From Raja brachyura (taxonomy: Eukaryota), in the NCBI GenBank assembly GCA_963514005.1, contig OY740783.1:46376001-46440000 (forward strand): a DNA stretch of 64,000 nucleotides, in the 5' to 3' direction. The notes below the pieces were generated by a model, which ran no database searches, was not told where the DNA came from, and saw only the letters and a list, made by a program, of their open reading frames with translations. The first letter of the stretch is position 1. Each line of letters begins with the position of its first letter. The translations under genes were made by a program, and so were the position numbers. Below, piece after piece: positions 22,502-35,689 of the stretch.

Positions 22502-24437
22502 ACATAGATACATAGATAATAGATGCAGGAGTAGGCCATTCGGCCCTTTGAGCCAGCACCCCCATTCAATGTGATCATGGCTGATCATCCACACTCAATA
22601 CCCCCTTCTTGCCTTCTCCCCATCTCCCCGTATCCACTAGCCTTAAGAGCTCTATCTAATGTACGAGGTAATTCAAGAGCTCTCCCGAGTTTAAAAAAAT
22701 ATCAAACTCGTGGTAAGAATGTACATCGGAGCTCGGGACGTCCCTTAGCGGCTCGTAACGCTAACGGCAGGTACTCGGGAAACGCAGTAGTGTTGTGAAG
22801 ACTCGTGAAGATTTTCAACATGTTGAAAAATCTTCACAAGAGCCCCGAGTACCTACGAGCAGCTATTACCGTAATTCTCCGAGTTCGAATCAGGAGAAAC
22901 TCGGGAGAACTCTTGCATTAGCTCGTACAGTAAATCTCTTTTGAATGCATCCAGTGAATCTGCCTCTACTGCCTTATGAGGCAAATTCCACAAATTCACA
23001 ACTCTCTGGCTGAAAAGGTTTGTCCTCATCTCAGTTCTAAATGGCCCATCCCTTATTTTTAAACTGTGGCCTCTGGTTCTGGTCTCCCCCAACATCGGGA
23101 ACATGTTTCCTGCATCTAGCGTGTCCAATCTCTTAATAATTTTATATGTTTCCATAAGATCCCCTGTTATCCTTCTAAATTCCAGTGAATACAAGCCCAA
23201 TCGCTCCATTCTTTCACATGACAGTCCCGTCATCCCGGGAATTGACCTCATGAACCTACACTACACTCCTTCAATAGCAAGAATGTCCTTCCTCAAATTA
23301 GGACCCCAAAACTGCACACAATACTCCAGGTGTGGTACAACTGCAAGACCTCTTTGGTCCTATACTGAACTCCTCTAGTTATGAAGGCCAACATGCCATT
23401 AGCTTTCTTCAATGCCTGCTGTACCAGCATGTTTACTTTCAGTGACTGATGTACAAGGACACCCAGGTCTCATTGTACTTCCCCATTTCCTAACCTGACA
23501 CCATTCAGATAATAATCTGCCTTCCTGTTCTTGCCACCAAAGTTTATCCACAGTTTACAGCATCTGCATGCATCTGCCCACTCACCCAACCCGTCCAAGT
23601 CACCCTGCATCCTCATAGCATCCTCTTCACAGTTCACACTGCAAACCAGCTTTATGTCATCTGCAAATTTGCTAATGTTATTTTTAATTCCGTCATCTAA
23701 ATCATTAATGTATAGTATATTGTAAATAGCTGCGGTCCCAGCACCGAGCCTTGTGGTACCCCACTAGTCACTGCCTGCCATTCTGAAAGGGACCTGTTAA
23801 TCCCTACTCTTTGTTTCCTGTTTGCCAACCAATTTTCTATCCATGTCAATACCCTACCCTCAGTACCATGTGCTCTAATTCTGCCCACTAATCCCCTGTA
23901 TGGGACCTTATCAAAGGTTTTCCAGGTAAACTACATTCACTGGCTCTCCCTTGTCCATTTTACTTGTTAAATCCTCAAAAAATTCCAGAAGATTAGTCAG
24001 CATGATTTCCCCTTCGTAAATCCATGCTGACATGGACCAATCCTGTTACTTTTATCCTAATGCGCCACTATTACATCTTTAATGATCGACTCCAGTATCT
24101 TCCCCATCACTGATGTCAGGCTAACTGTTCTCTGCTTTTTCTCTCATTCCTTTCTTAAAAGGTGGGATAACATTAGCTACCCTCCAATCCACAGGAACTG
24201 ATGTACAATCTATAGAACATTGGAAAATAATCAGCAATGCGTCCACGATTTCCAGAGCCACCTCCTTGAGCACCCTGGGATGCAGACTATCAGGCCCTGG
24301 AGACTTATCAGCCTTTAGTCCCATCAGTCTATCCAACACCATTTCCTGACTAATGTGAATTTCCTTCAGTTCCTCCATCACCCTAGGTCATCTGTCCTCT
24401 AGTACATCTGGGGTTGTTTGTGTCTTCCTTAGTGAAG
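22502..24437 (-). mobile_element. CR1 LINE, 5'-truncated, disrupted ORF2 with (CATAGATA)n tail
   Basis: Minus ORFs [45 protein letters not shown]. The 8-bp tail repeat is at 22502. Confidence 0.95.
22660..22930. mobile_element. MITE nested in CR1 (Harbinger-family inner TIRs, outer TIR absent)
   Basis: TGTACGAGGTAATTCAAGAG ... CTCTTGCATTAGCTCGTACAG, flanked by TAA on both sides. Matches the sequence inside the TIR at 10872-10905. Confidence 0.7.
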
Positions 24438-27170
24438 TATAACGAATAAAGTGGACAAGCTTGAGGCTGAGTTAGAAACTGGCAAGTATGATGTTGTGGG
24501 AATTACTGAGACATGGCTGCAAGAGGGCCAGGGCTGGGAACTGATAATTCCATGGTATACCTCCTATTGAAAAGGCAGACAGGTGGGCAGAGGGGGTGGG
24601 ATTGCCCTGTTGGTGAGGAATGAAATTCAGTCCCTTGCAAGGGGTGACATTGAAACAGGAGGTGTGGAGTCAGTATGGATAGAACTAAGGAATTGTAAGG
24701 GTAAAAAGATCCTAATGGGACTAATCTACAGGCCCCCAAACAGTGGCCTGGACATAGAGCGCAAGTTGAATCAGGATTTAAAATTGGCATGTAGTAAAAG
24801 TAATGCTGTGGTTGTTATGGGAGATTTTAACATGCAGGTAGACTGGGAAAATCAGGTTGGTACTGGACCCCAAGAAAGGGACTTTGTAAAGTGCCTTCGT
24901 GATGGATTCTTTGAACAGTTTGTATTGGAGCCTACCAGGGAGAAGGCAATTCTGGATTTAGTGTTATGTAATGAACCGGATTTGATAAAGAACCTCGAAG
25001 CTAATGAGCCATTAGGAGGTAGTGACCATAACATGGTCAGGTTTAATCTACAATTGGAGAGGGAGAAGAGTAGATCGGAGGTGTCAGTGTTGCAGTTGAA
25101 TAAAGGGGACTATGGGGCCATGAGGGAGGAGCTGGCCAAAGTTGACTGGAAATATACACTAGCACGGATGACAGTGGAACAAAAATGGCAGGTCTTTCTA
25201 GGAATAATACAGAAGGTGCAGGATCAGTTTAATCCTAGGAGGAAGAAAGATTCCAAGGGGAGAAAGGGACGACCATGGTTGACAAGGGATGTCAGGGACA
25301 GTATAAAAATTAAAGCGAAGAAGTACAACGTAGCAAAGATGAGCGGGAAGCAAGAGGATTGGGTAATGTTTAAAGAACAACAGAAGATAACCAAAAAGAC
25401 AATACGGGGAGAAAAGATAAGGTACGAAGGTAAGCTAGCCAAGAATATAAAGCACGATAGTAAAAGCTACTTTAGGTATGTGAAGAGGAAAAAATTAGTT
25501 AAGACCAAAGTTGGACACTTGAAGACCGTAAAAGGTGAATTTATTATGGGGAACAAGGAAATGGCAGATGAGTTGAACAGGTACTTTGGATCTGTCTTCA
25601 CGAAGGAGGACACAAAAAATCTTCCTGATATAGTAGTGGCCAGAGGATCTGGGGTGACAGGAACTGAAGGAAATCCACATTAGGCAGGAAATGGTGTTGG
25701 GTAGACTGATGGGACTGAAGGCTGATAAATCCCCAGGGCTTGATGGTCTGCATCCCAGGGTACTGAAGGAAGTAGGTCTAGAAATTGTGGATGCATTGGT
25801 GATAATTTTCCAATTTTCTATATTGTCAGGATCAGTTCCTGTGGATTGGAGGGTAGCTAATGTTATCCCACTTTTTAAGCAAGGCGGGAGAGAGAAAACA
25901 GGGAATTATAGACTAGTTAGCCTGACATCGGTGGTGGGGAAGATGCTGGAGTCAATTATAAAAGATGAGACAGCCGAACATTTGGATAGCAGTAACAAGA
26001 TCGGTCCGAGTCAGCATGGATTTACGAAGGGGAAATCATGCTTGACTAATTTTCTGGATTTTTTTGAAGATATAACTAGGATAATGGACAAGGGAGAGCC
26101 AGTGGATGTAGTGTACCTGGACTTTCAGAAAGCATTTGATAAGGTCCCACATAGGAGATTAGTAGGCAAAATTAGGGCACATGGTATTGGTGGTAGAGTG
26201 CTGACATGGATAGAGAAGTGGTTGGCAGACAGGAAACAGAGTAGGGATTAACGGGTCCCTTTCAGGATGGCAGGCAGTGACTAGTGGGGTACCGCAAGGC
26301 TCGGTGCTGGGACTGCAGCTATTTGCAAATATACATCAATGTTTTGTATGAAGGGATTCAAAGTAACATTAGCAAATTTGCAGATGACACAAAGCTGGGT
26401 GGCAGTGTGAACTGTGAGGAGGATGCTATGAGAATGCAGGGTGACTTGGACAGGTTGGGGGAGTGGGCAGATGCATGGCAGATTAAGTTTAATGTAGATA
26501 AATGTGAGGTTTTCCACTTTGGTAGCATAAAACAGGAAGGCAGATTACTATCTAAATGGCGCAAGTTGGGAAAAGGACAAGTACAACGGGATCTGGGGTC
26601 CTTGTTCATCAGTCTATGAAAGTAAGCATGCAGGTACAGCAGGCAATGAAGAAAGAGAATGGCATGTTGGCCTTTATAACAAGAGGAATCTAATATAGGA
26701 GCAAAGAGGTCCTTCTGCAGTTGTGCAGAGCCCTAGTGAGACCACACCTGGAGTATTGTGTGCAGTTTTGGTCCCCTAATTTGAGGAAGGACATTCTTGC
26801 TATTGAGGGAGTTTTGGTCCCCTAATTTGAGGAAGGACATTCTTGCTATTGAGGGAGTGGAGCGTAGATTTAAAAGGTTAATTCCCGGGATGGCGGGACT
26901 GTCATATGCTGAGAATGGAGCAGCTGGGCTTGTACACTCTGGAGTTTAGAAGGATGATAGGGGATCTCATTGAAACATATAAGATTGTTAAGGGCTTGGA
27001 CACACTAGAGGCAGGAAACATGTTCCCGATGTTGGGGGAGTCCAGAACCATGGGGCCACAGTTTAAGAATAAAGAGTAAGCCATTTAGAACGGAGACGAG
27101 GAAACACCTTTTCTCACAGAGAGTGGTGAGTCTGTGGAATTCTCTGCCTCAGAGGGCAGGTTCTCTGGAT
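24438..27170 (+). mobile_element. CR1 LINE, near-complete ORF2 (APE endonuclease + RT), frameshifted
   Basis: GITETW, GGGIALL, IYRPP, MGDFN, AILDLVL, SDH (APE); [22 protein letters not shown] (RT). ORFs 24583-25683, 25691-26251 and 26284-26619. A 46-bp tandem duplication lies at 26764-26858. Confidence 0.95.
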
Positions 27171-27490
27171 CTTCTGGAATTTTTTGATCCAGCTCTGATT
27201 CTCTTGCAGCCATGTCTCTGTTATTCTCACAAGATCATACTTACCAATTTCTAACTGCGTCTCAAGCTCATCCACTTTATTTCTTATACTTCGTGCATTT
27301 ATACATAACACTTTTAATTCGGTATTCATCTCCCCTCTCACACTGGTTCCTATTTCACCTGACCTTGCTCACTTATCCCTTCTTGAACTTCCCGTCCCAT
27401 TAATTTAGGTGTCTTTCGTAACTTTTCCTGTACTCCATCCTGATACCCTTTAACTCCATCCTTATACTCCCAATTTGTCAACTCCTTTTT
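27171..27490 (-). mobile_element. CR1 fragment spanning the ORF2 start
   Basis: Minus translation ELKVLCINARSIRNKVDELETQLEIGKYDLVRITETWLQE (APE N-terminus). Confidence 0.9.
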
Positions 27491-27959
27491 GAAAGTAAAT
27501 TTACTTTCTTTGCACAATTTGGCTTTGGAACAATATTGTGCCACATTGTATGTAATTTAGACTCCTGGTCATCCTTAGGGTATCCGACTCAATTAGCTTG
27601 CCAACAAGATGCTCTTTATATTACTTTGATAGCGACCATCAGTTTGGAATGAGTTTATATGCAACTGTAGAAATGGTTGTTAACATAAAATACAACATTA
27701 AAAATGATTTACCAACAAACAGTATGACTGATACTAGTATGTTACTGCAGTTTAAAATTCACATATAATATTGTTGAAAATTCACTATATTTCCTGAAAA
27801 TGATATCCCTGTAGGCTTATGTGCTAGAATGCCAAACTTCTGTAAGTGATGATATTGAGAATAATGGCTATTTGATAACAAACTTTTTAATGATCCAAAT
27901 CACACAATCCTTTAAATGCTTTGCAAACATCATCTGAAACCTGTTAAGACTACAGTCTA

Positions 27960-28475
27960 CTAACAACTTCCAGAATGCCCAGGAAGTTCACTTGATTTAT
28001 TCCTTGGAATGGGGTTTTGAGTGACTGGGTCTGTATTCTCTGGAGTTCAAAAGACTGAAAGGATTTCTCAACAAAACATATATAATTCTAACACTAATGC
28101 CCTGGCTGTAAAATTAACATGAAAAGAAACACAACACGCTCATTTTTCCCTTCATATGTCGCTTCATTCTGTGTTCTCCTTGATTGGTCTCAGAGATGTA
28201 GACCAATATTTCTCATGGCAGGGGTGTCCAGACTTAATATAAGGAATTGTTCATTCAGAAATGAGGAGATTTGAATTCTTTAACCAGTTCGGTTGTGGGG
28301 GCTCAGCTGCTGAGTGTTTAGAAGACAGAAGATGACAGATTTTTAGATACTAAGATAATGAAGAGATATGGGATTAATGCAGGCATTGAGGCAAAAGATC
28401 TGTCATGATCTGACTGAATGTTAGAGGAAGCATGAGAGGCCATAAGCCTACTCCTGCTTGCATTTCTTATGTTGT
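27960..28475 (+). mobile_element. Old CR1 3' fragment carrying an inserted copy of nearby sequence
   Basis: CTGGGTCTGTATTCTCTGGAGTTC (LGLYSLEF) and a 3'UTR ending CCTACTCCTGCT..ATTTCTTATG. The segment 28106-28188 duplicates 28734-28811. Confidence 0.65.
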
Positions 28476-30459
28476 CATAATGTTTTCATTAAGCAGCTTT
28501 GAATTGCTGAAGGAAATTACATTCTGCTTTCAGTCATACCTATAAAGGGTGAAGAAGATAATTTTGAATGGTTCAAAGGTGCTTTTAATGTCACTTGAGC
28601 AAAGTGCTAACACAGTGAAATTCTTTTTCACACAAACAGTCCAATAGAGTATTGCCATACCCCCGATCCTCAATTAGCAATGTACAGAAATAGTCTACTG
28701 AGCTTGCAGCTACAAGTGTATGACACTGTTTACCTGTAAAATGAACATGAAAAGAAACACAACACATGTTGCATCATATGTTGCTTCATTCTATGTATTT
28801 TCCTTGGTTGGCAGTAGGATCTTGAAATTTGTCTTCTACCAATGTTAATCTCTAGGAAATAGTAGGTAGCCCAGCTTTAACATCAACAAATGATTACAGA
28901 AGAAATAAGATGCATACTATATCGAAATGAATATTCAAAAGGCATTGAGAAATACTTTTCTTCAACAACATTTTATTGAAAACAGATACAAAAGTTAAGT
29001 AGTAAATCTATCTCTGCATTCATTACTAAATGTGACATGAATGTTAAGAAAACTGCAAATTCCATTTTAATAGAGATATTTTTTTAAACATTTGAGCTAA
29101 TATTTTTTAAAAAATACCGATGCAGTGGTTAAGTAACACATGATACACAGGCATTTATAATTTATTTCCTATATTTTTCTTTGCGAGGGTCCACATAGAA
29201 CATAGAACAGTACAGCACAGGAACTACCTCTTCAGCACACAATGTCCGTGTTAAACATGATGCCAAGATAAACTAATTTAATCTGCCTGTACATAATCCA
29301 TATCTCTCCATTCCCTACATATCCACGTGCTACATCTCACGCTTTGCACTTCAGCTGGTTGACAATCGCAGACCGCTCCCCACATTAGCTTACTTGCCAA
29401 TTGCTAGATGACTAGCCTGGGCAACTGAACATCAATTTTTTCCTTATTCAGAAATAGTTCCTGAGCTATCTCAGGGCCGGCTTGGAATCAGCAACCATCC
29501 ACATGGTAACTGTAGCTACAAAAACAGCTTGCATTACACATAATTCCACAATTTTATTCATGGTCATATACTATTTTGTATGTTGATGGTTTTGTCAGTG
29601 CCCATTTAAACACTGCACTAATAACGGTGCATTGAACCTCCACCTCCACAGATGCTGCTTGTTTGTTTTGTTTTTTGCTCCAGTAATTTGAAAATAATTA
29701 TTAATTCTGCACAGGATGTTACCACACAGTTTACATTCAATGCATTGAAAAAAAGGCAGTGGTGTGAATGTATAGACATTTTTTTTAAATTAATTATTTT
29801 TATCCCAAATTTCTGATCAAGCAAGTCTCAAAGCCTTGTAGTCTATTTTAAAATGTAGGAGCTCATACATATTCTCTGTCTAACATAACATATTATCCTA
29901 TATCCTCCAACTAACATCAGGTCCGACAAAAATAATGTGTCACAAATGTAGGTTCCCCACACTAAACTGTTCTTCGTTTTCCTATTCTACTCTGTATTAA
30001 AAATTGAGATATTGCAGTTTCAATCCAGCACAATATCCTAGATTTAGCAAGATGTTGCAAACTAATATCATCAGTGGCAGTCATTTGAACTTATATGCCA
30101 TATACTTTTACTTTTAATTTTAATTTTTAAAAATCAGGTCATTTAAAAGAAAACCCTTTAAAAAAAGTCAGTTATAAAAGTGCCAAACTGAACCACAGTG
30201 CAACGCATTAAGAAAGGCACATGTTACCAATGCAACATTATGTACTCTGGGAGTGCATGAAACCATTTCCAAGAACACATATGTTATGGAGTATATTAGT
30301 GATCTCTTGAGGTATTTAATTATGCGGAAGTCAACTGCCAGGATGGGGTTGGAATGGCGTGTGAGATTGAAATAAATTCCAAGCAAGAACCTCATCAATG
30401 GAGAAAATTCTCAAGGTATTGACAATGTACTTATCTGGCAACTTCAGGACATGCTTAGT

Positions 30460-30960
30460 AGATTTTAGACTTTAGAGATACAGCACTGAAACAGGCTCAT
30501 CGACGCACGAAGTCCGCGCCGACTTTGGATCACCCTGTACACTATCCTATGCACTAGGAACAATATGCAATATTTACCGAAGCCAATCGACCTACAAACC
30601 TGTACGTCTGGGAGGAAACCGGAGCACCCAGAGAAAACGCATGCGGTCATGGGGAGAACCTACACGTCCGTACAGACAGCACCCATAGTCTGGATCGAAC
30701 CCGAGTCTCTCGTACTCTAAAGGGTCTGTCGAACTTGGGCGTCAACTGCACGTCACGCAGATGGCACGCAAAGATTTTGTACATCCCAAAATCCTGGGGC
30801 GCCATGCGCAACCGCGCGTCACTGCTTGCGTCACCATGCACCATGCACGTATCACGTCGTGATGCGTAAATGATGTTGCGTGAATTACGTGCAAATGACG
30901 CCCAAGTGGGACAGGCCCTTAAGGCAGCAACTCTACCGCTGCACCACTGTGTCGCCCTGG
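30460..30960 (-). mobile_element. tRNA-derived SINE interrupted by a MITE
   Basis: Full SINE in reverse. Removing 30721-30922 restores ...CTCTAAGGCAGCAACTCTACC. Confidence 0.85.
30721..30919. mobile_element. PIF/Harbinger-type MITE (199 bp), TAA TSD
   Basis: TAA|AGGGTCTGTCGAACTTGGGCGTCA ... TGACGCCCAAGTGGGACAGGCCCT|TAA. Confidence 0.85.
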
Positions 30961-31044
30961 TAGTCCAGACTAAAATCACTTAGTAAAATCAATTGACACA
31001 TTGACACTTTCATATGGGCAATTGGAATAGCAATGTGGGGTCTA

Positions 31045-31330
31045 ACAGAGTTGCTGCCTTGCAGCAAATGCAGCGCCGGAGACCCGGGTTTAATCCCGAC
31101 TACGGGTGCTGTCTGTATGGATTTTTACATTCTCCCCATGACCCGCATAGGTTTTCTCCGAGATCTTCAGTTTCCTCCCACACTCCAAAGACGTACAGGT
31201 TTGTAGGTTAATTGGCTTGGTAAATGTAAAAATTGTCTCTAGTGGGATAGTGTTAATGTGCGGGGATCGCTGGTCGAAGTGGACCCGGTGGGCCGAAGGA
31301 CCTGTTTCTGCCCTGTATCTCTAAACTAAA
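31045..31330 (+). mobile_element. tRNA-derived SINE
   Basis: GAGACCCGGGTTTAATCCCGAC B-box-like motif, conserved core, tail ending TCTCTAAACTAAA. Confidence 0.8.
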
Positions 31331-31514
31331 AAAATCAGAAAAGGGAACTGACACTCTGTAGCCTGGTGCAGGCAGTGTACACAGAATTGAGCCTGAGAAA
31401 TTACATGTATTAAATGGAAACAATTTAAATCTGCACTGTTGTTTTAATATGTAAAAATACAGAAGGTTGAGCTAAATACCCGGCTTAAAACGATCCTGAC
31501 CAGGCAATCTCTAG

Positions 31515-31740
31515 CAACACAAAATACAAAGTGTTGTTGGAACTCTGCGGGTCAGGCAACATCTGTGGAGGGAACAAAAAGACAATGTTCGTGTTTCGGA
31601 CACTTGTTCAGACCTTAGAGTCTGAAGAAAGGTGCTAAACTGAAATGTTGTCCGTCCATTCCCTCCACAGGTGTCGCCTGACATGCAGTTTCTCCAACAC
31701 TTTGTGTTTTGCTCAAGATGCCAGCATGTGCAACTTCTTA
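31515..31740. mobile_element. Penelope-type palindromic repeat (diverged)
   Basis: Inverted arms around TTCAGAC....GTCTGAAGAAAGGTGCTAAACTGAAATG. Confidence 0.6.
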
Positions 31741-32341
31741 TCTCTCCATTTTACTGCTCCACTGCAAAGTCTCTTCAAAGAATGCATACATTGAAGAGAT
31801 TCCCCTCCTCTCTCTGATGGGAGTTCGGGAGACCCTCTCCCACTGCTCCCCCTCTGTGATGCATGTTTCCAGCTCAGTTCCCAGGCTCCCAATTCTGCTC
31901 ATTCTAACATATCTACACTCCACCCACCACGTACCACAATAGTTCTCCCTGTGCCCTGTTCTCTCCAGTCTCCGCTACACACCGGCACATCTGGAGAGTG
32001 CACAGTTGTGTCTGAATTGTGTAGAGTTTTGTGTACAGGAGTACAAGTTACCCCTCAGACTCCTATTAATCACCGAGCAGGGATAAAGACATGTCTGCTG
32101 TATTTGTCATTATTCTTGAAGACTGCAGGATTTTTAACCAGGCCACAGAGAATACCATGAAATAGCAAATAATATCCTATGCATTGAGGAACTGAATATT
32201 CTTCAACCACAGCACCAGAACAATGACCCAATTTAAAAAGAAACCCCACTAACTTCAGTAAATAAGACTTTTCATGAATTTTTGCACCTAGATCATGGAA
32301 GTACAACAGAAGCAACTCTGAAGAAACTTACTCCCTGTGTA

Positions 32342-32347
32342 TTTATT
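32342..32347 (-). promoter_or_regulatory. Candidate polyadenylation signal for DTWD2
   Basis: AATAAA on the minus strand about 155 nt after the stop. Another candidate lies at 28972-28977. Confidence 0.35.
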
Positions 32348-32501
32348 AAGACTAAAAATCAAAATAGAAACAAGCAAGGAATTAAACCTTTGCAAACTGA
32401 TGTCCAGTTCAAATGAAAATGAAGAGATTCAGAGACAGAAGATCACAGTCATAAAGCTCTGCTCATAAAAAATAATGTAATACTAAAATTATACCCATCA
32501 C

Positions 32502-32663
32502 CTATTCTTTGACTAAACGCTCCATTTTATTAAGTTTTTGTTTATTCTTTGGCATCGATTTTGCATATAATCCATTCTTAATCAGATGTTCCTTACTGTG
32601 ATGGACTTGAGCTCCATGCTGAAGTTGGAATGAGCACAATGCTCGAAGGGGACGAAGTATAAC
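32502..32663 (-). CDS. DTWD2: DTWD2 (tRNA-uridine aminocarboxypropyltransferase 2), last coding exon
   Basis: Acceptor ttttatatcaatag, then [56 protein letters not shown]. Closely matches the recalled vertebrate DTWD2 C-terminus ([32 protein letters not shown]). Confidence 0.95.
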   Translation of the reverse strand, partial: VILRPLRALCSFQLQHGAQVHHSKEHLIKNGLYAKSMPKNKQKLNKMERLVKE

Positions 32664-32794
32664 CTATTGATATAAAACAATAAGAGCTGCTGAAATCCCT
32701 GTTAAATATTTAATACTAATATTCTAACATAAATATTTTGATATCTGTTAAGGTAGTATCAGTTAAGATAGAAACCATGTTCGCCTTGATTAAT

Positions 32795-33080
32795 TGGTAG
32801 AGCTGCTGCCTCACAATGCCAGAGACCCAGGTTTGATCCTGACCTCAGGCACTGTCAGTGTGGAGTTTGCATGGTCTAACTTTGTCTGCTCAGGTTTCCT
32901 CCAGGTGCCAGAGATGTGTGGGTTTATAGGTTAATTGGCCTCTGTAAAACTGAATCTAGAGTTCAGGGAGTGGATGAGAAAGTGGAAAACAGAACCAAAG
33001 TGAATGGGTGATCCATGGTCGGCGTGGACTCGGTGGACCGAAGAGCCTGTTTCCATGAGGTATTTCTAACTTAAACTAAA
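32795..33080 (+). mobile_element. tRNA-derived SINE (intronic)
   Basis: TGGTAGAGCTGCTGCCTCAC..GCCAGAGACCCAGGTTTGATCCTGACC head and CR1-like tail. Confidence 0.75.
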
Positions 33081-33726
33081 ACAAGAAAGAAGCCTTGCAT
33101 GTTTTAAAGCTCTTCATATTCAATGAACATTCAAGTGTGGCCACTGATACACTGATAAGTATAGCAGCCACTTGGCATGGAACAGGATGCACAAACCACA
33201 CGAAGATCAACCAATTCACCTGTTTAAATGATTCTCTGGGTATAAAGTTAACAGCACTTGAACCTAAAGATGATCCAATTCCAACTGTGGCATTTATAAA
33301 ACAGAATAAAATTGCAAGCATTACAGTTATTGCAACTGGATTTATTACTCTATTTATGCCAGTGCTTCTCTCGTGGTATTGCTCAAAGTGAAAGTGACAA
33401 TGGACCTATGACAATGGAACTTCACTCCAGCCTGCCCCTTATATGTGGAGACGTACTTCACCACCACATCCATTCATCTGCGGGATTACTTTCAGGAAGA
33501 TGAAAAGTAATCACAGCGAAATGTCACAGGGTGGTGTATCTGTGTAATTCAATGCCAGACGGCTGTGGAGACCACGTCTTAGGGTATTTTTGAAGTGGAG
33601 ATTAATATGTTCTTGATTAGTACGGGCGTCCAAGGTTACAGGGAGAAGGCAGAATGGGATTGAGAGGAAAAGATAGATAAACCATGATTGAATGGCGGAG
33701 TGGACTTGATGGGCTTAATGGCCTAA

Positions 33727-34438
33727 AGGGTCTGTCCCACTGCGGCAACCTAATCTGCGAGTTAAGAAGAGTGTCTTCGACCTTCAAGCTCGAGGGCACT
33801 CACCAGGAAAACCTCGAGCTGGATCGACCGTCAGCGTTGAAACCGTGAGTTGTATCGACCGACCGACCGCACACACACACACAAACACATCGCAAAGGCT
33901 GGGGCCAGAGAAAGCGGGGGAGCGCTGTCAGAAATTCACCCGCGATGAAGAGGAAGGTAAAAGACGGCTGCACAGTGTATAGTAAATCCTTTAGAGAATG
34001 TGGAGGGGGGGGGGGAGTGAAGGGGGGAGACACTTTTAAGAAGTATAATAAAGTTTAGCAGGCATTTTACCTACCGGTCGGTTTTCCTTGGTCCTGAAAA
34101 CTCCAATGAGCCAATTAAAATATCCGGTCAGCGAAGGAGATTGCCTACGGCTGCCCTCGACTGCCTGTAACTAAATAGCGGCCCCATTCCACTGCACTAC
34201 GAGTTAAAATGAACCATGCTGACCAATTATTACTCGCAGAAAATTTTTCACCATGCTGAAATTTTTTCCGCGACCTAGCTGAGGCCACGAGTATTTGGGA
34301 ACTTCCCTCCAGCATGAAGGAGAGTTGCAGTGACCTCATAGGACCTCCTAGGATCACGTGTTGACCATGCTGCGAGTTTGAGTTGAGGGCAAACTCTTCT
34401 AAACTCGCAGATTAGGTCGCCGCAGTGGGACAGCCCCT
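33727..34438. mobile_element. PIF/Harbinger-type MITE (712 bp), TAA TSD, inserted in a CR1 3'UTR (about 33520-34460)
   Basis: TAA|AGGGTCTGTCCCACTGCGGCAACCTAATCTGCGAGTT ... AACTCGCAGATTAGGTCGCCGCAGTGGGACAGCCCCT|TAA. Confidence 0.9.
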
Positions 34439-35004
34439 TAATTATGCTCCTATGATTTATGAAAATAGGAAACAAGAGAACAATTAATCTGACATCAATT
34501 GTTTGATAAATACGCAAATCCATTATTAGTGAATTGGCAATATGGAACTGAGACGATGAAAACATGGTTTTACAAAAGGGAAGTGAAGTGTGACAAATCT
34601 AAAATTTCATTGAAGATGTAAATAAAAGGACATAGTTTTCCAAAAGGCATAGGATGCTACACAAAAGGTGCTACACAAAAATTAAAAAAATTAAATAAAG
34701 AAATGTGAATGGGGGTAATATGTTACCATGGATTGATGATTGGTTAATGGATGAAACAAAAGAAACAGAAATACGGCAACGACAATGATTATTCATTTTG
34801 GTAGGGACAAGATAAACCAAAATATTTATAAGATTGTGAGAAACTATTACAACATTATGTGTGGCTGTCCTTGTAGTTCAAATATAAAATTAAATGCAGG
34901 TTAGGATGATAAATGAGAAGTTGGTCTTTATTTTAAAGTGGTAAGAGTATCAAAATAATAAAGGACTCTACAATTATACAAAGCTTTGATAAATTAGTTG
35001 AAAG

Positions 35005-35300
35005 GCACAGCTTGGAAGGCTCTTCAGCCCACCGAGTCCACGCAAACCATTGATCACGGTTCAGACTAGTTCTATGTTATTCTATTTTCACACCTACTCC
35101 CTACACACTGAGACAATTTAAACAGGACAATTAATCTGCAAACCTTCATGTCTTTGGGACGTGGTGGGAAACCAAAGCAGCTGGAGGAAACTAACATGCT
35201 CACATGAACATGCAAACTCCACACACAGACAGCACCCAAGGTCATGATCGAACCTGGGTCTCTGGCGCTGAGAGGCTGCACCTCTATTCTGATCAGTCTG
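35005..35300 (-). mobile_element. tRNA-derived SINE (intronic)
   Basis: Reverse complement of the SINE head, core and tail. Confidence 0.75.
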
Positions 35301-35689
35301 CGTTGAGACGACTGCTGGAATACCATGTCCAGTTTCCGTTTTTGTCTTCCTTGGACTGCTTGTAAAAAGAGATGTAATAGGATGGAACTGTTCAAGTTGG
35401 GGTTCAGTGAATCTCACTGAAACGTAATATTCAGAGATGGATTGACCGATTCGCTCTGAAAGGCTATTTCATATTGCTGCAAAGTCTGCAACTTGAGTCA
35501 TGCTCTCTGGATAATAAAATATAATACTTTTCATAAATTTAAGAACATATTTTCACTCGGATTGCTGTTTTGTTCAACTCAAACAATCTTAATTTACTTA
35601 AGACATTTGATATAAAAGCTCTACATTCCAGTTTGGATAATTCCTCCATGTACAACCTACCATGAAATTGTGACTCTCGAGCGACTTAC

